The notes under the pieces: generated by a model
What the model was told of the DNA's origin: nothing
What the model saw: only the letters and a program-made list of their open reading frames with translations
The model's database searches: none
Made by a program: the position numbers and the translations under genes
Part shown: positions 45,557 to 54,312 of the stretch, piece after piece
How positions within the stretch are numbered: the stretch's first letter is position 1
How the letters are laid out: every line of letters begins with the position of its first letter
Assembly: GCA_046758445.1 (NCBI GenBank)
Contig: JBHIAE010000003.1
Coordinates: 55,379-119,378, forward strand
Source: Candidatus Thorarchaeota archaeon
GTDB lineage: Archaea; Asgardarchaeota; Thorarchaeia; Thorarchaeales; Thorarchaeaceae
Reading direction: 5' to 3'
DNA length: 64,000 bases

Positions 45557-46729
45557 TCAGTGTTCCTTTAAACTTTCCTGAAGGCCCAAGGATGCACTCT
45601 CTAGCCGCGGTAGACCTAGGTCAGTCTTTAGGTCATCTGCTAGCGGTGTGACACGGTCTGTTTTGTCGAATATGTACGGTGAGTTGACCCCAGATGCTAT
45701 GATTGTAACGCGAAGTCGGTCTTCCAGTTCCTGTGATATCAATGCACCATAGATTATCTCAGCACCTGGATTGACCTGCTCAGTAACAAGTTCGACAACG
45801 TGTTTGGCCTCAGCTAGCTGGAGGTCCGTACTACCACTGACGTTCACCAGAATATTCCTAGCGTTCTCAATTGATACGTCAATCAGAGGGTTCCTTAGCG
45901 CGTTTATGACTGCCTCTTCTGCCCGGTTCTCTCCCTGAGCTTCTCCTAGTGCGATTATCGAAACACCGCCGTTTTTCATAGTGGTACGCACGTCTGCGAA
46001 GTCTAGGTTCACAAGACCAGGCTTCGATATCAGTTCAGCAATCCCCTTTACAGCCCTCACGAGGACTTCGTCCGCCACCATAAATGCCTCAGGCATTGAA
46101 AGATCAGGAGCAATCTCCAGAAGCTTCTCATTCGGAATAGCTATCAAAGTGTCTACGTGTTCCATCAGAGCGGTAAGGCCGCGAGTCGCATTTCTTCTAC
46201 GAGTTTCTCCCTCAACCTCAAACGGCAAGCACACAATTGCAACGGTAAGTGAACCATTCTCTTTCGCGGCTTTTGCAATCAATGGTGCTGCACCAGTGCC
46301 CGTGCCGCCTCCCATTCCGGCAGTTATGAAGACCAAGTCCCCCCGAATTACATCTTTTATCACATCATAGGTTTCTAGCGCGGCCGCCTCTCCAACATCA
46401 GGGTCGTTACCTGCTCCCAGACCACCACAGGTTTCCTTTCCTAAGAGCAACTTGTGAATTGAGTTGCAGAAGTATAGGTCCTGCGCATCTGTATTGGCTG
46501 CGAGGGTTTCTGCGCCCTCTACTCCAACCTCCATTATGCGTGTCACTGCATTATTACCTGCACCACCAACGCCTACGACCAGAATCCTGGCTGTGACGGA
46601 CTCGAGCAGGTCCGCTAGTTCATCATCTGTTGTTGCTGCAATTCGACGTTTCTTTGACTGTCTGGCACTACCAGGGTCACGTTTGGTGTCCGATTGTTTG
46701 CGGAGGACCTCTTCAAGCAAAGGATGCAT
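45557..46729 (-). CDS. ftsZ: Cell division protein FtsZ
   Basis: GVGGAGNN, GMGGGTGTG, NLDFADV. Confidence 0.97.
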   Translation of the reverse strand: MHPLLEEVLRKQSDTKRDPGSARQSKKRRIAATTDDELADLLESVTARILVVGVGGAGNNAVTRIMEVGVEGAETLAANTDAQDLYFCNSIHKLLLGKETCGGLGAGNDPDVGEAAALETYDVIKDVIRGDLVFITAGMGGGTGTGAAPLIAKAAKENGSLTVAIVCLPFEVEGETRRRNATRGLTALMEHVDTLIAIPNEKLLEIAPDLSMPEAFMVADEVLVRAVKGIAELISKPGLVNLDFADVRTTMKNGGVSIIALGEAQGENRAEEAVINALRNPLIDVSIENARNILVNVSGSTDLQLAEAKHVVELVTEQVNPGAEIIYGALISQELEDRLRVTIIASGVNSPYIFDKTDRVTPLADDLKTDLGLPRLESASLGLQESLKEH

Positions 46730-46808
46730 TAGCTCACTCTCACCTTTGGTTCTATGTCAATATCGGAGTGTTCTGCTAACAAAAACCGGAATACTACCAG
46801 CGTATTAC

Positions 46809-47777
46809 CTACTTCGCTTGCTTCTTTCTGCGTTTACGCTTCCTGAACGTCTTGAGAATTGGCGCAATTGATACCCCGTGCTTCTTCAACAGTCTTGATG
46901 TCTTTTCCAGCGTTGGCTGGCCATTCTGCGCTCCTCTCTGGGTTATGGTTAGGGCTGCTACTGCGTTGCCAACGTGAAGAGCCATCTCAATGTTCTCTGA
47001 TCGAGTCCATGCATTGACGAATCCGGCAGCAAACGCATCGCCTGCTCCAAGTGTGTCGACTGCCTCAACCTCGAACACCGGAGATGTGAAGTATTCGAAT
47101 CCGTCTGTTGCTGCTGCACCCTCTTTCCCCTTCTTCACAACAACTATGCCAGGAATTGTTTTCGCAAACGACTTGAGGGCCTTCTCAGTTGGGCTGATCT
47201 TGAAATAGTCCTTGAGTTCCCCCTGATTCACAAACAGAAGGTCAGTCTGGCGCAAGAAACTCTTCATGTCCATTCCGCTGGCAGCTCTCCCCGGATCAAA
47301 GGAGAATATCATCCCGTTCGTTGTGGCTATCTCGAGCGCTCTAGCAGCCATCATCGGAAATCCGCCCGCAACATGGACTGTTTTTGCGCGAGCAACATAT
47401 TCTTCATCCAGAAGGTGTTTCTCGAGAAACCTGTTTGCGCCCGGCTCAGCGACGACAAGTCGTTTTCCATCTGGCTGCTGAGCAACAAAGAATAGTCCTG
47501 TTGGCTGCTTGTCCAACACCAAGATGCAGCTTGTATCCACTCCAGCATTGGAGAGCTCCTTCAGGGCCTCCTGTCCATAGAGGTCGTCGCCAACACAGGC
47601 AAAGATCCCTGTCTTGACACCCAGACGTGCAGACTGAGAAGCAAAGTTTGACGCAGACCCACCGATGGAAACGAATCCAGTATCACTGACTACATGATCA
47701 TTTCGTGCCGGAAGCTTGGCGACGTCCATAGCAATATCAACATTGATTCTGCCTATGGCAATGATCTCTTGAATCAA
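46809..47777 (-). CDS. PfkB family carbohydrate/nucleoside kinase
   Basis: GGSASN, VGDD, DTLGAGDAFAAG. Confidence 0.92.
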   Translation of the reverse strand: MIQEIIAIGRINVDIAMDVAKLPARNDHVVSDTGFVSIGGSASNFASQSARLGVKTGIFACVGDDLYGQEALKELSNAGVDTSCILVLDKQPTGLFFVAQQPDGKRLVVAEPGANRFLEKHLLDEEYVARAKTVHVAGGFPMMAARALEIATTNGMIFSFDPGRAASGMDMKSFLRQTDLLFVNQGELKDYFKISPTEKALKSFAKTIPGIVVVKKGKEGAAATDGFEYFTSPVFEVEAVDTLGAGDAFAAGFVNAWTRSENIEMALHVGNAVAALTITQRGAQNGQPTLEKTSRLLKKHGVSIAPILKTFRKRKRRKKQAK

Positions 47778-47789
47778 TTCAACTGCCCC

Positions 47790-48716
47790 TTAGACTATGA
47801 GTGCAAGTATACCCTTCTGAGCATGCAGACGATTCTCTGCCTGGTCAAACACAACACTGTGAGTCGGGTCGTCCATTATATCGCTAGTAAGCTCTTCGTC
47901 ACGGTGTGCTGGCAAACAGTGCATGACTATTGCGTCGTCTTTTGCCTTTCCAAGAAGAGATCTGTTGATTTGGAATGGCATCAGAGCATCCTCCTTCTCC
48001 TTGGACCGTTCCTGACCCATGCTGAAGAAGGTATCTGTGTAGATCACATCAGCGCCCTTTACCGCCGCCGTGGGATCACTCACTACTTCAACTGTGGTCT
48101 TGTGGGTCTTGCTGAGGGCATCTGCCTTCTTTGTGATCTCGTCGGAGGGAGTATAGCCTTTGGGTGATCCAATTGTGACGTCCATTCCCATTATCGTGCA
48201 ACCTTGCATGATTGAGTTGCTTACATTGTTCGAGTCGCCGACGTAAGCTATCTTCAGTCCCTCCAATCCACCTTTGTGCTCTTCAATGGTCATCATGTCT
48301 GCCATTATTTGACAAGGATGATTGAAGTCCGAGAGACCATTTACCACAGGTACCGTTGCATTCTCTGCCAGCTCAACGACCTCATTGTGACCAAATACAC
48401 GCGCCATTATTACATCGCAGTATCTGCTGAGAACCTTCGCCGTGTCACCGATGGTCTCTCCTCTTCCGAGCTGTGTACCAGTCGGCTGAAGGTATAATGC
48501 ATGGCCTCCCAACTGGGTCATACCGACCTCGAACGAAACTCGTGTACGTGTGGAGGACTTCATGAATATCATTGCCATTGACTTGCCTTCAAGAACCTCG
48601 TGAGGCTCCCCACTTTTCTGCATTCGTTTCAAATCATGTGCCTTGTCAAGAAACTCTCTCAGTTCGTCTCTCTTGAACTCCGAAAGATCAATGAAGTGCT
48701 TACCTTTGAACCTCAC
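47790..48716 (-). CDS. argF: Ornithine carbamoyltransferase
   Basis: STRTRVSFE, HPCQ, SMG, MHCLPAHR, QAENRLH. Confidence 0.96.
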   Translation of the reverse strand: MRFKGKHFIDLSEFKRDELREFLDKAHDLKRMQKSGEPHEVLEGKSMAMIFMKSSTRTRVSFEVGMTQLGGHALYLQPTGTQLGRGETIGDTAKVLSRYCDVIMARVFGHNEVVELAENATVPVVNGLSDFNHPCQIMADMMTIEEHKGGLEGLKIAYVGDSNNVSNSIMQGCTIMGMDVTIGSPKGYTPSDEITKKADALSKTHKTTVEVVSDPTAAVKGADVIYTDTFFSMGQERSKEKEDALMPFQINRSLLGKAKDDAIVMHCLPAHRDEELTSDIMDDPTHSVVFDQAENRLHAQKGILALIV

Positions 48717-48789
48717 ACTTGTTACCTCTGCTGACGGAATAGACGTAGGGCCCTCTTATTGACCCTCGTAATAAAACTGCCCACCCTCG

Positions 48790-49701
48790 TTACTGGCCAG
48801 CCACAAGCCGTTGGGCAAACCACTCTGGTTCGAAGATCTGAAGGTCTTCGTAGCGCTGCCCGACTCCTACATATATCACAGGTCGTCCAGTGACAAATGC
48901 AACTGACAGAGCCGCCCCTCCTGAAGGGTCTGCATCAACCTTTGTCAAAATGGCTCCATCAATACCTATGGCATCATTGAACTCCTTAGCCTGCGAAAGA
49001 GCATCGTTGCCTGCTAGAGCATCTCCCACGAAGATCTTCAGGTCTGGTTCTGTGACTCTCGCAATCTTCTGCATTTCCGCAATCAGGTTCTTGTTGCTCT
49101 GCATTCTTCCGGCAGTATCTATCAACACGACGTCGATATGCTTGGCGCGAGCATGAGCAACAGCGTCATACGAGACTGCAGCAGCATCAGAGCCATACTG
49201 CTGTTTGATCACTCTGACGCCGAGGCTGCTTGCATGTCGCTCAAGCTGTTCAATGCTTCCCGCACGGAATGTGTCGCCAGCCGCGATGACTACTGAGAAG
49301 CCCTTCTTCTTGAAGAAGCTGGCCATCTTCGCCAAGGTTGTGGTCTTTCCTGTCCCGTTTACACCTACAAAGAGAATGACAGTTGGCTCGCCTTTAGCCT
49401 TCTTTGCCGAAGCGAACTCTATCGGGTCAAGTGGCTGCTCCGGTGTCAATACTTCAAGAATTGACTCGTAGATTGCTGTTCTGAACAACTTGCCAGTATT
49501 CTCCAGCCGGCCTGCTCTTGAGCCGATTAGCTTCTCTTTGGTGAGATTGCAGATATGTTCTGCCACCTCTACAGCCACATCGTTTTGAATCAGTACCATC
49601 TGAAGGTCCCAGACAGCATCAGCCAGATTCTTCTCGTTCAGTTCCTTTGTCGTTGCCTTCGTGACCGCAGAATCGACAGCACCCCGGAGCTTCTCGAACA
49701 A
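48790..49701 (-). CDS. ftsY: SRP receptor FtsY (TTG start inferred at MFEKL)
   Basis: GVNGTGKTTT, DTFRAG, DTAGR, TKVD, GVGQ. Confidence 0.96.
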   Translation of the reverse strand: MFEKLRGAVDSAVTKATTKELNEKNLADAVWDLQMVLIQNDVAVEVAEHICNLTKEKLIGSRAGRLENTGKLFRTAIYESILEVLTPEQPLDPIEFASAKKAKGEPTVILFVGVNGTGKTTTLAKMASFFKKKGFSVVIAAGDTFRAGSIEQLERHASSLGVRVIKQQYGSDAAAVSYDAVAHARAKHIDVVLIDTAGRMQSNKNLIAEMQKIARVTEPDLKIFVGDALAGNDALSQAKEFNDAIGIDGAILTKVDADPSGGAALSVAFVTGRPVIYVGVGQRYEDLQIFEPEWFAQRLVAGQ

Positions 49702-49702
49702 T

Positions 49703-50140
49703 CTATTGTGCCCCCTGAGCCTGGATTTGCTCAGCAATCTGCTTCATCTGGGCTTCCAAGATGGCTGAGCGATTCACCATCTTCTCATGCTCCGACACAA
49801 GTGCTTCATACTGTTTTCCGAGGCTCTCCACAGCCTGTTCGACTCCCTTTGTTGCCTCCTCAAGAGTCTGTTCTATTCTAACACCACTTCCGAGAGCTCT
49901 AGTCACCTCTTTTGGATTCACGAGTTTCGCCTGGGCAAATACGCTTCCGCCCACGTTCATGAGCATCTCCTCACCGTCTTCCTTGTCCTCTAGTTCCTTG
50001 AGTACCATCAGACCGGTTTGATAACGGCCCAGAAGAACCTGAGTCACCTCTATCTGCTGTCGAAGCACATTGATGTTGGAATCTGTCAGATGCTGTTCCA
50101 CGTATAACTTCTGGAGAAGGTTTCTTTGCTCTTCTGCCAT
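49703..50140 (-). CDS. pfdA: Prefoldin alpha subunit
   Basis: Coiled coils flanking EMLMNVGGSVF..ALGSGVRIE hairpins. Confidence 0.92.
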   Translation of the reverse strand: MAEEQRNLLQKLYVEQHLTDSNINVLRQQIEVTQVLLGRYQTGLMVLKELEDKEDGEEMLMNVGGSVFAQAKLVNPKEVTRALGSGVRIEQTLEEATKGVEQAVESLGKQYEALVSEHEKMVNRSAILEAQMKQIAEQIQAQGAQ

Positions 50141-50382
50141 TAGATATCGCTCTCCACACCGAGGATCTTCCTGAGCTCCAAGTCAGTTGCCTCCTCAGGC
50201 TTGATCTCCTCAACAGTCCTAATCTCGATCTCACGTCTCTTCACTCGATGACGGCTTCCGAGGTCCGAATAGATTCGTTCTCTGACGTGTGATTCTTTGA
50301 GTGCAATCATCTCCTTTGAGAAAGTGAATGCTCTCTTGTTCTTCTTGTATTCTCCAGTCGCTCGCCATACTCTCGAACTCAT
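50140..50382 (-). CDS. rplX: 50S ribosomal protein eL20 (LX/L18a)
   Basis: FSKE, ERIYSDLGSRHRVKR..I.I..VEEI. Confidence 0.92.
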   Translation of the reverse strand: MSSRVWRATGEYKKNKRAFTFSKEMIALKESHVRERIYSDLGSRHRVKRREIEIRTVEEIKPEEATDLELRKILGVESDI

Positions 50383-50400
50383 CTGAAGGTCACCTCTTGT

Positions 50401-51066
50401 TTAGACGAAGCCAAGTACTTGGCTAATATGAGCAAGTTCCACTCCAGTCGTTTCTGAGCCTGCAATCATGCTGTCCAGATTGGCTAACACACCTAGGCTC
50501 GTATACGGACTTCCTCTGTTTACTGTGCCAACTTCGACATGCACTTTTAACAACTGTGATATCTGGTCAATCTCATCATTCGTTGCCATGGGATGTACAA
50601 CAGCCCCCCGATTGGTGACCACAGTATTCGAGCCAACAGTGGGCAGTCTTGCAACCGTTCCTGGGACGACCTCAACATCGAGAACGTCAGCAATCTTCTT
50701 CCGCGCTTTCTCGTCAAAGTCTGGATGACATATAGCACCTTTGTCATTCGCAAGGACGATATTTCCGAGCGCAGTCATCTTGTTGTCTATCCAGTCGACA
50801 AGAATATCAGAATACTCGCGTAGCGCTGCCAGCTCATCATCACTGGCCGTGTATGGAACAAGTATCCCATTGGAGTTGGCTATGGACACAAGTCCTACAG
50901 CATCCAATGTGGCAACAGTAGATTGGACTAACGGGAGATTGAAGACACGTTCAAGTGTATCCAGTGAGTCTTCCGACATATTGGGTGATACAAACACGTA
51001 CCTATCGGTGGCAATTCCGAAGGCTCCGACATTTGAATCGCCCTCGAAATCGTATCGGGCGATCAT
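50401..51066 (-). CDS. eif6: Translation initiation factor aIF-6
   Basis: ANSNG, ALGNIVLANDKGA, GTVNRG, TTGVEL. Confidence 0.95.
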   Translation of the reverse strand: MIARYDFEGDSNVGAFGIATDRYVFVSPNMSEDSLDTLERVFNLPLVQSTVATLDAVGLVSIANSNGILVPYTASDDELAALREYSDILVDWIDNKMTALGNIVLANDKGAICHPDFDEKARKKIADVLDVEVVPGTVARLPTVGSNTVVTNRGAVVHPMATNDEIDQISQLLKVHVEVGTVNRGSPYTSLGVLANLDSMIAGSETTGVELAHISQVLGFV

Positions 51067-51072
51067 GATTAG

Positions 51073-51495
51073 CTACGCCTCTGCAAGGTATACACGGACG
51101 AGGTTGTCCGAGTTCTTCGTTGCCCTAATCCGTATTCTGCGTGGAGGCTTCTGAATGCCCCTAGACCAGATTCTCTCATTGACCTCGGGCTGAATCACAA
51201 GCTCTTCAGGTTTCATATGGCGTTCTACAAACTGCCTTAGGATTCTTACAGCTCTGTTGGACCTGCGAAGTCTACTCCCAGTCCAGTACGCCTTTCGCAG
51301 AGGTACCGTATAGATTCGCTCGTCGATGATCTCCTCCTCAGGAACGACCTCGGCTGGAGCTACTTCCTCGGGCTCTGGTTTCTTCTCCTCGGCTGGTGCC
51401 TCTGCTTCCTCCTCGATTTCTTCCTCGACTTCTTCAATCTCCTCGAGTTCAGCAAGCTCTTCCTTTGCATCTTTGGCTTTCTTCTTCTTGCTCAT
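51073..51495 (-). CDS. rpl31e: 50S ribosomal protein eL31 with acidic N-terminal extension
   Basis: ERIYTVPLR, RAVRILRQFVERHMK, NERIWSRGIQKPPRRIRIR. Confidence 0.95.
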   Translation of the reverse strand: MSKKKKAKDAKEELAELEEIEEVEEEIEEEAEAPAEEKKPEPEEVAPAEVVPEEEIIDERIYTVPLRKAYWTGSRLRRSNRAVRILRQFVERHMKPEELVIQPEVNERIWSRGIQKPPRRIRIRATKNSDNLVRVYLAEA

Positions 51496-51509
51496 CTAGG
51501 CACACCTTA

Positions 51510-51665
51510 CTATGGCTTCAGCTTCGTTTCACGCCACTTCCGCTGCTTGGGTGTTCTTCGCACCGTTCCTCCTGTCTTCACCACTACCCAGGTCGGCACG
51601 GAAGAGTTGCTCTTGAGTGCCCTTGCCATCCTGAGTTTCTTTGCGAGAGGTTTGTTTCTAGCCAT
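51510..51665 (-). CDS. rpl39e: 50S ribosomal protein eL39 (51 aa, not in the ORF track)
   Basis: Translates to [51 protein letters not shown]. Confidence 0.95.
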   Translation of the reverse strand: MARNKPLAKKLRMARALKSNSSVPTWVVVKTGGTVRRTPKQRKWRETKLKP

Positions 51666-51685
51666 TGATTTCACCTATTGCAGCA

Positions 51686-52024
51686 TTACCTGAACGAGAT
51701 CTTAGTATCACGCTCTTTCTCTTGCATCTGTTGAAGGAGCGACTTAAGTTGCTCATCTGTGACTCGAGCTCTTAGACGCCCTGCACTTGCCAACTGGATG
51801 AGTTGAGCTTCTATCTGTTCCGCCAGTTGAGGTTTGACCATTCTGACATTTGTGAGCCGCGAGCGAGCCTCGGGAGTGAGAATCTGCCTGAGAATGGCCT
51901 CCTTCTGAGCCTGAGCTTCAGCAATCTGCTGTTCTCTCGCTTGGTCTTCAAGTGCTTGGTCTCTCAGAGCCGCACGTTTCCTCTGGCGGATCTCTTCAAG
52001 CTCATCGTCACTCAAAGTACTCAC
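51686..52024 (-). CDS. PDCD5-like dsDNA-binding protein
   Basis: ELEEIR, ILRQILTPEARSRL.N..MVKP, QLIQLA. Confidence 0.93.
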   Translation of the reverse strand: MSTLSDDELEEIRQRKRAALRDQALEDQAREQQIAEAQAQKEAILRQILTPEARSRLTNVRMVKPQLAEQIEAQLIQLASAGRLRARVTDEQLKSLLQQMQEKERDTKISFR

Positions 52025-52043
52025 CTATCTCATCGGAAGTCTC

Positions 52044-52496
52044 CTAGTAGTTCTCCAACTCGGGTATGGCCTTCGCAAGCTCCTTCCTCAGTCCGGTTGA
52101 TAGCTTATCCATGTATGATCTACCTATGTTAGTCATCTCTCTGCCCTTGTTCCCGCGCTTCTTGATGAAGCCCGCTCTCTCAAGCTGCTGCAGAGCAGTC
52201 CTCACAATCGACCCACTTCCTTTGTGGAACTTGTTTGGCTTGGTTCCACGTCTCTTTCTCCCACCATATTGAATACGTAACCGCTCTGTTCCAATGGGTC
52301 CCTTGAGATAGATCTTTCTTAGGATACTTGCACATCTCATATACCACCAGTCGGGGTCGTCTGGTGCTCTTTCCTTGTGCGCACCTGTCTTTACGAGACT
52401 CGCCCAGTCTGGGGCACTTATCTCCTCTCGAGACCTAAGGTCTTGTGCAATCCGTCGTATCAAGACGCTGGGTGGGATATCATAGGTTGTCGGCAT
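52044..52496 (-). CDS. rps19e: 30S ribosomal protein eS19
   Basis: PDWASLVKTG.HKERAP, WWYMRCASILRK, YGG, GSGSIVR. Confidence 0.96.
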   Translation of the reverse strand: MPTTYDIPPSVLIRRIAQDLRSREEISAPDWASLVKTGAHKERAPDDPDWWYMRCASILRKIYLKGPIGTERLRIQYGGRKRRGTKPNKFHKGSGSIVRTALQQLERAGFIKKRGNKGREMTNIGRSYMDKLSTGLRKELAKAIPELENY

Positions 52497-52626
52497 ACAA
52501 GGATTCACCATACCGTTTGAGGAGGTCACCGTACATAGACTAAGCTGATGGCCTACCTCAGAAGGCTGCCCTCGTCAAAATGAGTCAGCATAAAAGGATT
52601 TTCATGGGTCGCTCGCTATTGAGGCC

Positions 52627-52899
52627 TCATAGTCGATAGAGAACTGCTGTGTTTCCGCGAATTCCCGCGAGTTGAGCTCCAGTATCACTACATAGCATCT
52701 GAAAGGTTTCTTCTCTGGAACCACCTTCTGTCATGGCCGATCGGAGAAGCCGGACCTTGATGTACTTGTGCTTATTGAGCAGTCTCTTTGCTTCCTTGAC
52801 AAGACCATCAGAAATCCCTCCCTTCCCTATCTGCATCATCGCAGAATCCTGCCATGCAATGCCCAGTCTGATGGGATCTGGCTTGGTCTTACGTGTCAT
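52627..52899 (-). CDS. YhbY/CRM domain RNA-binding protein
   Basis: QIGKGG, IKVRLLRS, RGNTAVLYR. Confidence 0.9.
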   Translation of the reverse strand: MTRKTKPDPIRLGIAWQDSAMMQIGKGGISDGLVKEAKRLLNKHKYIKVRLLRSAMTEGGSREETFQMLCSDTGAQLAGIRGNTAVLYRL

Positions 52900-52941
52900 C
52901 TCGAATCAACTCTGGCCTATGGGGTCTGCTCTTTAACATAC

Positions 52942-53289
52942 CTATCCGACGTAGTATCTCGTAGTGTTTCCACAGTCGAAACAGGTGACTGAGAGGTGTC
53001 TGGCTCTATTATGACGCATTCGAACTCGACAGTTCTCTCCTGGCACGAGCACATTCCCGCACACACGGCAGACTCTTCTCCTGACATGTCGGGGTATCTT
53101 CATTCTGGCTCTCTGAGCAACTCTTCTGGCTATCTCAACTCGGCGTCGAGCACTCTCAGGACTGATTTTGGCGAGCTGTGATGCCTGTATCCATAGCGCT
53201 TCGATTCTCGATGCAGCTAAACGCCGAGTTTCTCCACGAGTTGCTCTTCTCTTCCCCACAAGAAAGCCTCTCCTTCGAAGGCAATTCAA
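52942..53289 (-). CDS. rnp4: RNase P protein component 4 (Rpp21)
   Basis: A..RI..L, RRRVCRVC...LVPG.NCRVR, TCFDCG...RY. Confidence 0.92.
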   Translation of the reverse strand: MNCLRRRGFLVGKRRATRGETRRLAASRIEALWIQASQLAKISPESARRRVEIARRVAQRARMKIPRHVRRRVCRVCGNVLVPGENCRVRMRHNRARHLSVTCFDCGNTTRYYVG

Positions 53290-53313
53290 TACATCTTAAA
53301 TCGTTCGAGGCAT

Positions 53314-54039
53314 TTGGTCATAACTATGCTCCACGTGATTCTCTTAGACTCTGCAATAGAGCTGGTTCCACCTGAGATATCCTCCTCAAAGCAAGTCCAG
53401 AAACATGCAGGAAGGCGCGGCAAAGGACCGACCGAGATACTCCTTGACCAGACACATCATGGTCGTGCCATGACAAAGCTCGACAATGGCGAAAGACGAG
53501 GTAGGCCTGACATTTCATATCTATGTCTCTTGTCTCTGTTGGAAACCCCGCTATGCAAAGCAGGATTGCTCACCGTCAATCTCCATCTTCAAGGCGGACG
53601 GATAATCGATGTGAATCCGAACGTGCGACTTCCACGCAACTACGACCGGTTCGTAGGACTCGTTGAGCAACTCATCCAACATGGAAGAGTGCCCTTGGAG
53701 GGAGAGCCACTTCTGATGGTGAGGTCACTCACACTCCAAGAGCTAGTTTCCAATCTGAAGAGTCCAGAAGACAGCGAGATCTCAATTCTCTGTACTGAGG
53801 GCGGAAAGCGAACAACGATTGATGGTCTGAGCGCAATCATGCCCACAGACGCATCAATCCCGTTGATAGTTGGAATTGGAGCTTTCCCCCATGGTGATCT
53901 TTCTCAGGACATCAAGACCTTATTCAAATCTCATATCGAGCTTGACAAAGACGTAATGATGGCCTGGCATGTGTGCGCAGAGATTCTATGGACCTACTCT
54001 TGGAGAATCAACGTGGTACGCAGACGATTTGAACACTAG
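53314..54039 (+). CDS. nep1: 16S rRNA pseudouridine methyltransferase Nep1/Emg1
   Basis: LLDQTHH, RGRPDI, RLPRNYDRFVGL, IGAFPHG. Confidence 0.93.
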   Translation: MVITMLHVILLDSAIELVPPEISSSKQVQKHAGRRGKGPTEILLDQTHHGRAMTKLDNGERRGRPDISYLCLLSLLETPLCKAGLLTVNLHLQGGRIIDVNPNVRLPRNYDRFVGLVEQLIQHGRVPLEGEPLLMVRSLTLQELVSNLKSPEDSEISILCTEGGKRTTIDGLSAIMPTDASIPLIVGIGAFPHGDLSQDIKTLFKSHIELDKDVMMAWHVCAEILWTYSWRINVVRRRFEH

Positions 54040-54044
54040 AGAGA

Positions 54045-54119
54045 TGGTGCGGCCACCGGGATTCGAACCCGGGTTACGAGCTTGGAAGGCTCGGATCATA
54101 ACCCCTAGACTATGGCCGC
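54045..54119 (-). tRNA. tRNA-Gly(UCC), CCA encoded
   Basis: GCGGCCA/TGGCCGC acceptor; CGAGC-CT-TCC-AA-GCTCG. Confidence 0.95.
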
Positions 54120-54312
54120 ATATGAGAATCGAGCAAAGGTCTTGGGTTCTAGGGCGCAAACCAACTGGTGTTGATTTAAACTAATCGCTGCGGAGGACTC
54201 CTTCAACACAATCCTTTTGTTGGCTCAATCCCGCTCTCGACACCGGGCTGCAAGAACCGCGCAAAGTGGACTAGCCTTCTATTTCCAATCTGCCAAATGA
54301 AGAGGCATTCAG

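Noticed and set aside
46809-48716. argF and pfkB kinase inside the ftsY-ftsZ superoperon as a novel system
   Set aside because: Ordinary enzymes; metabolic genes are often interspersed in this archaeal gene cluster
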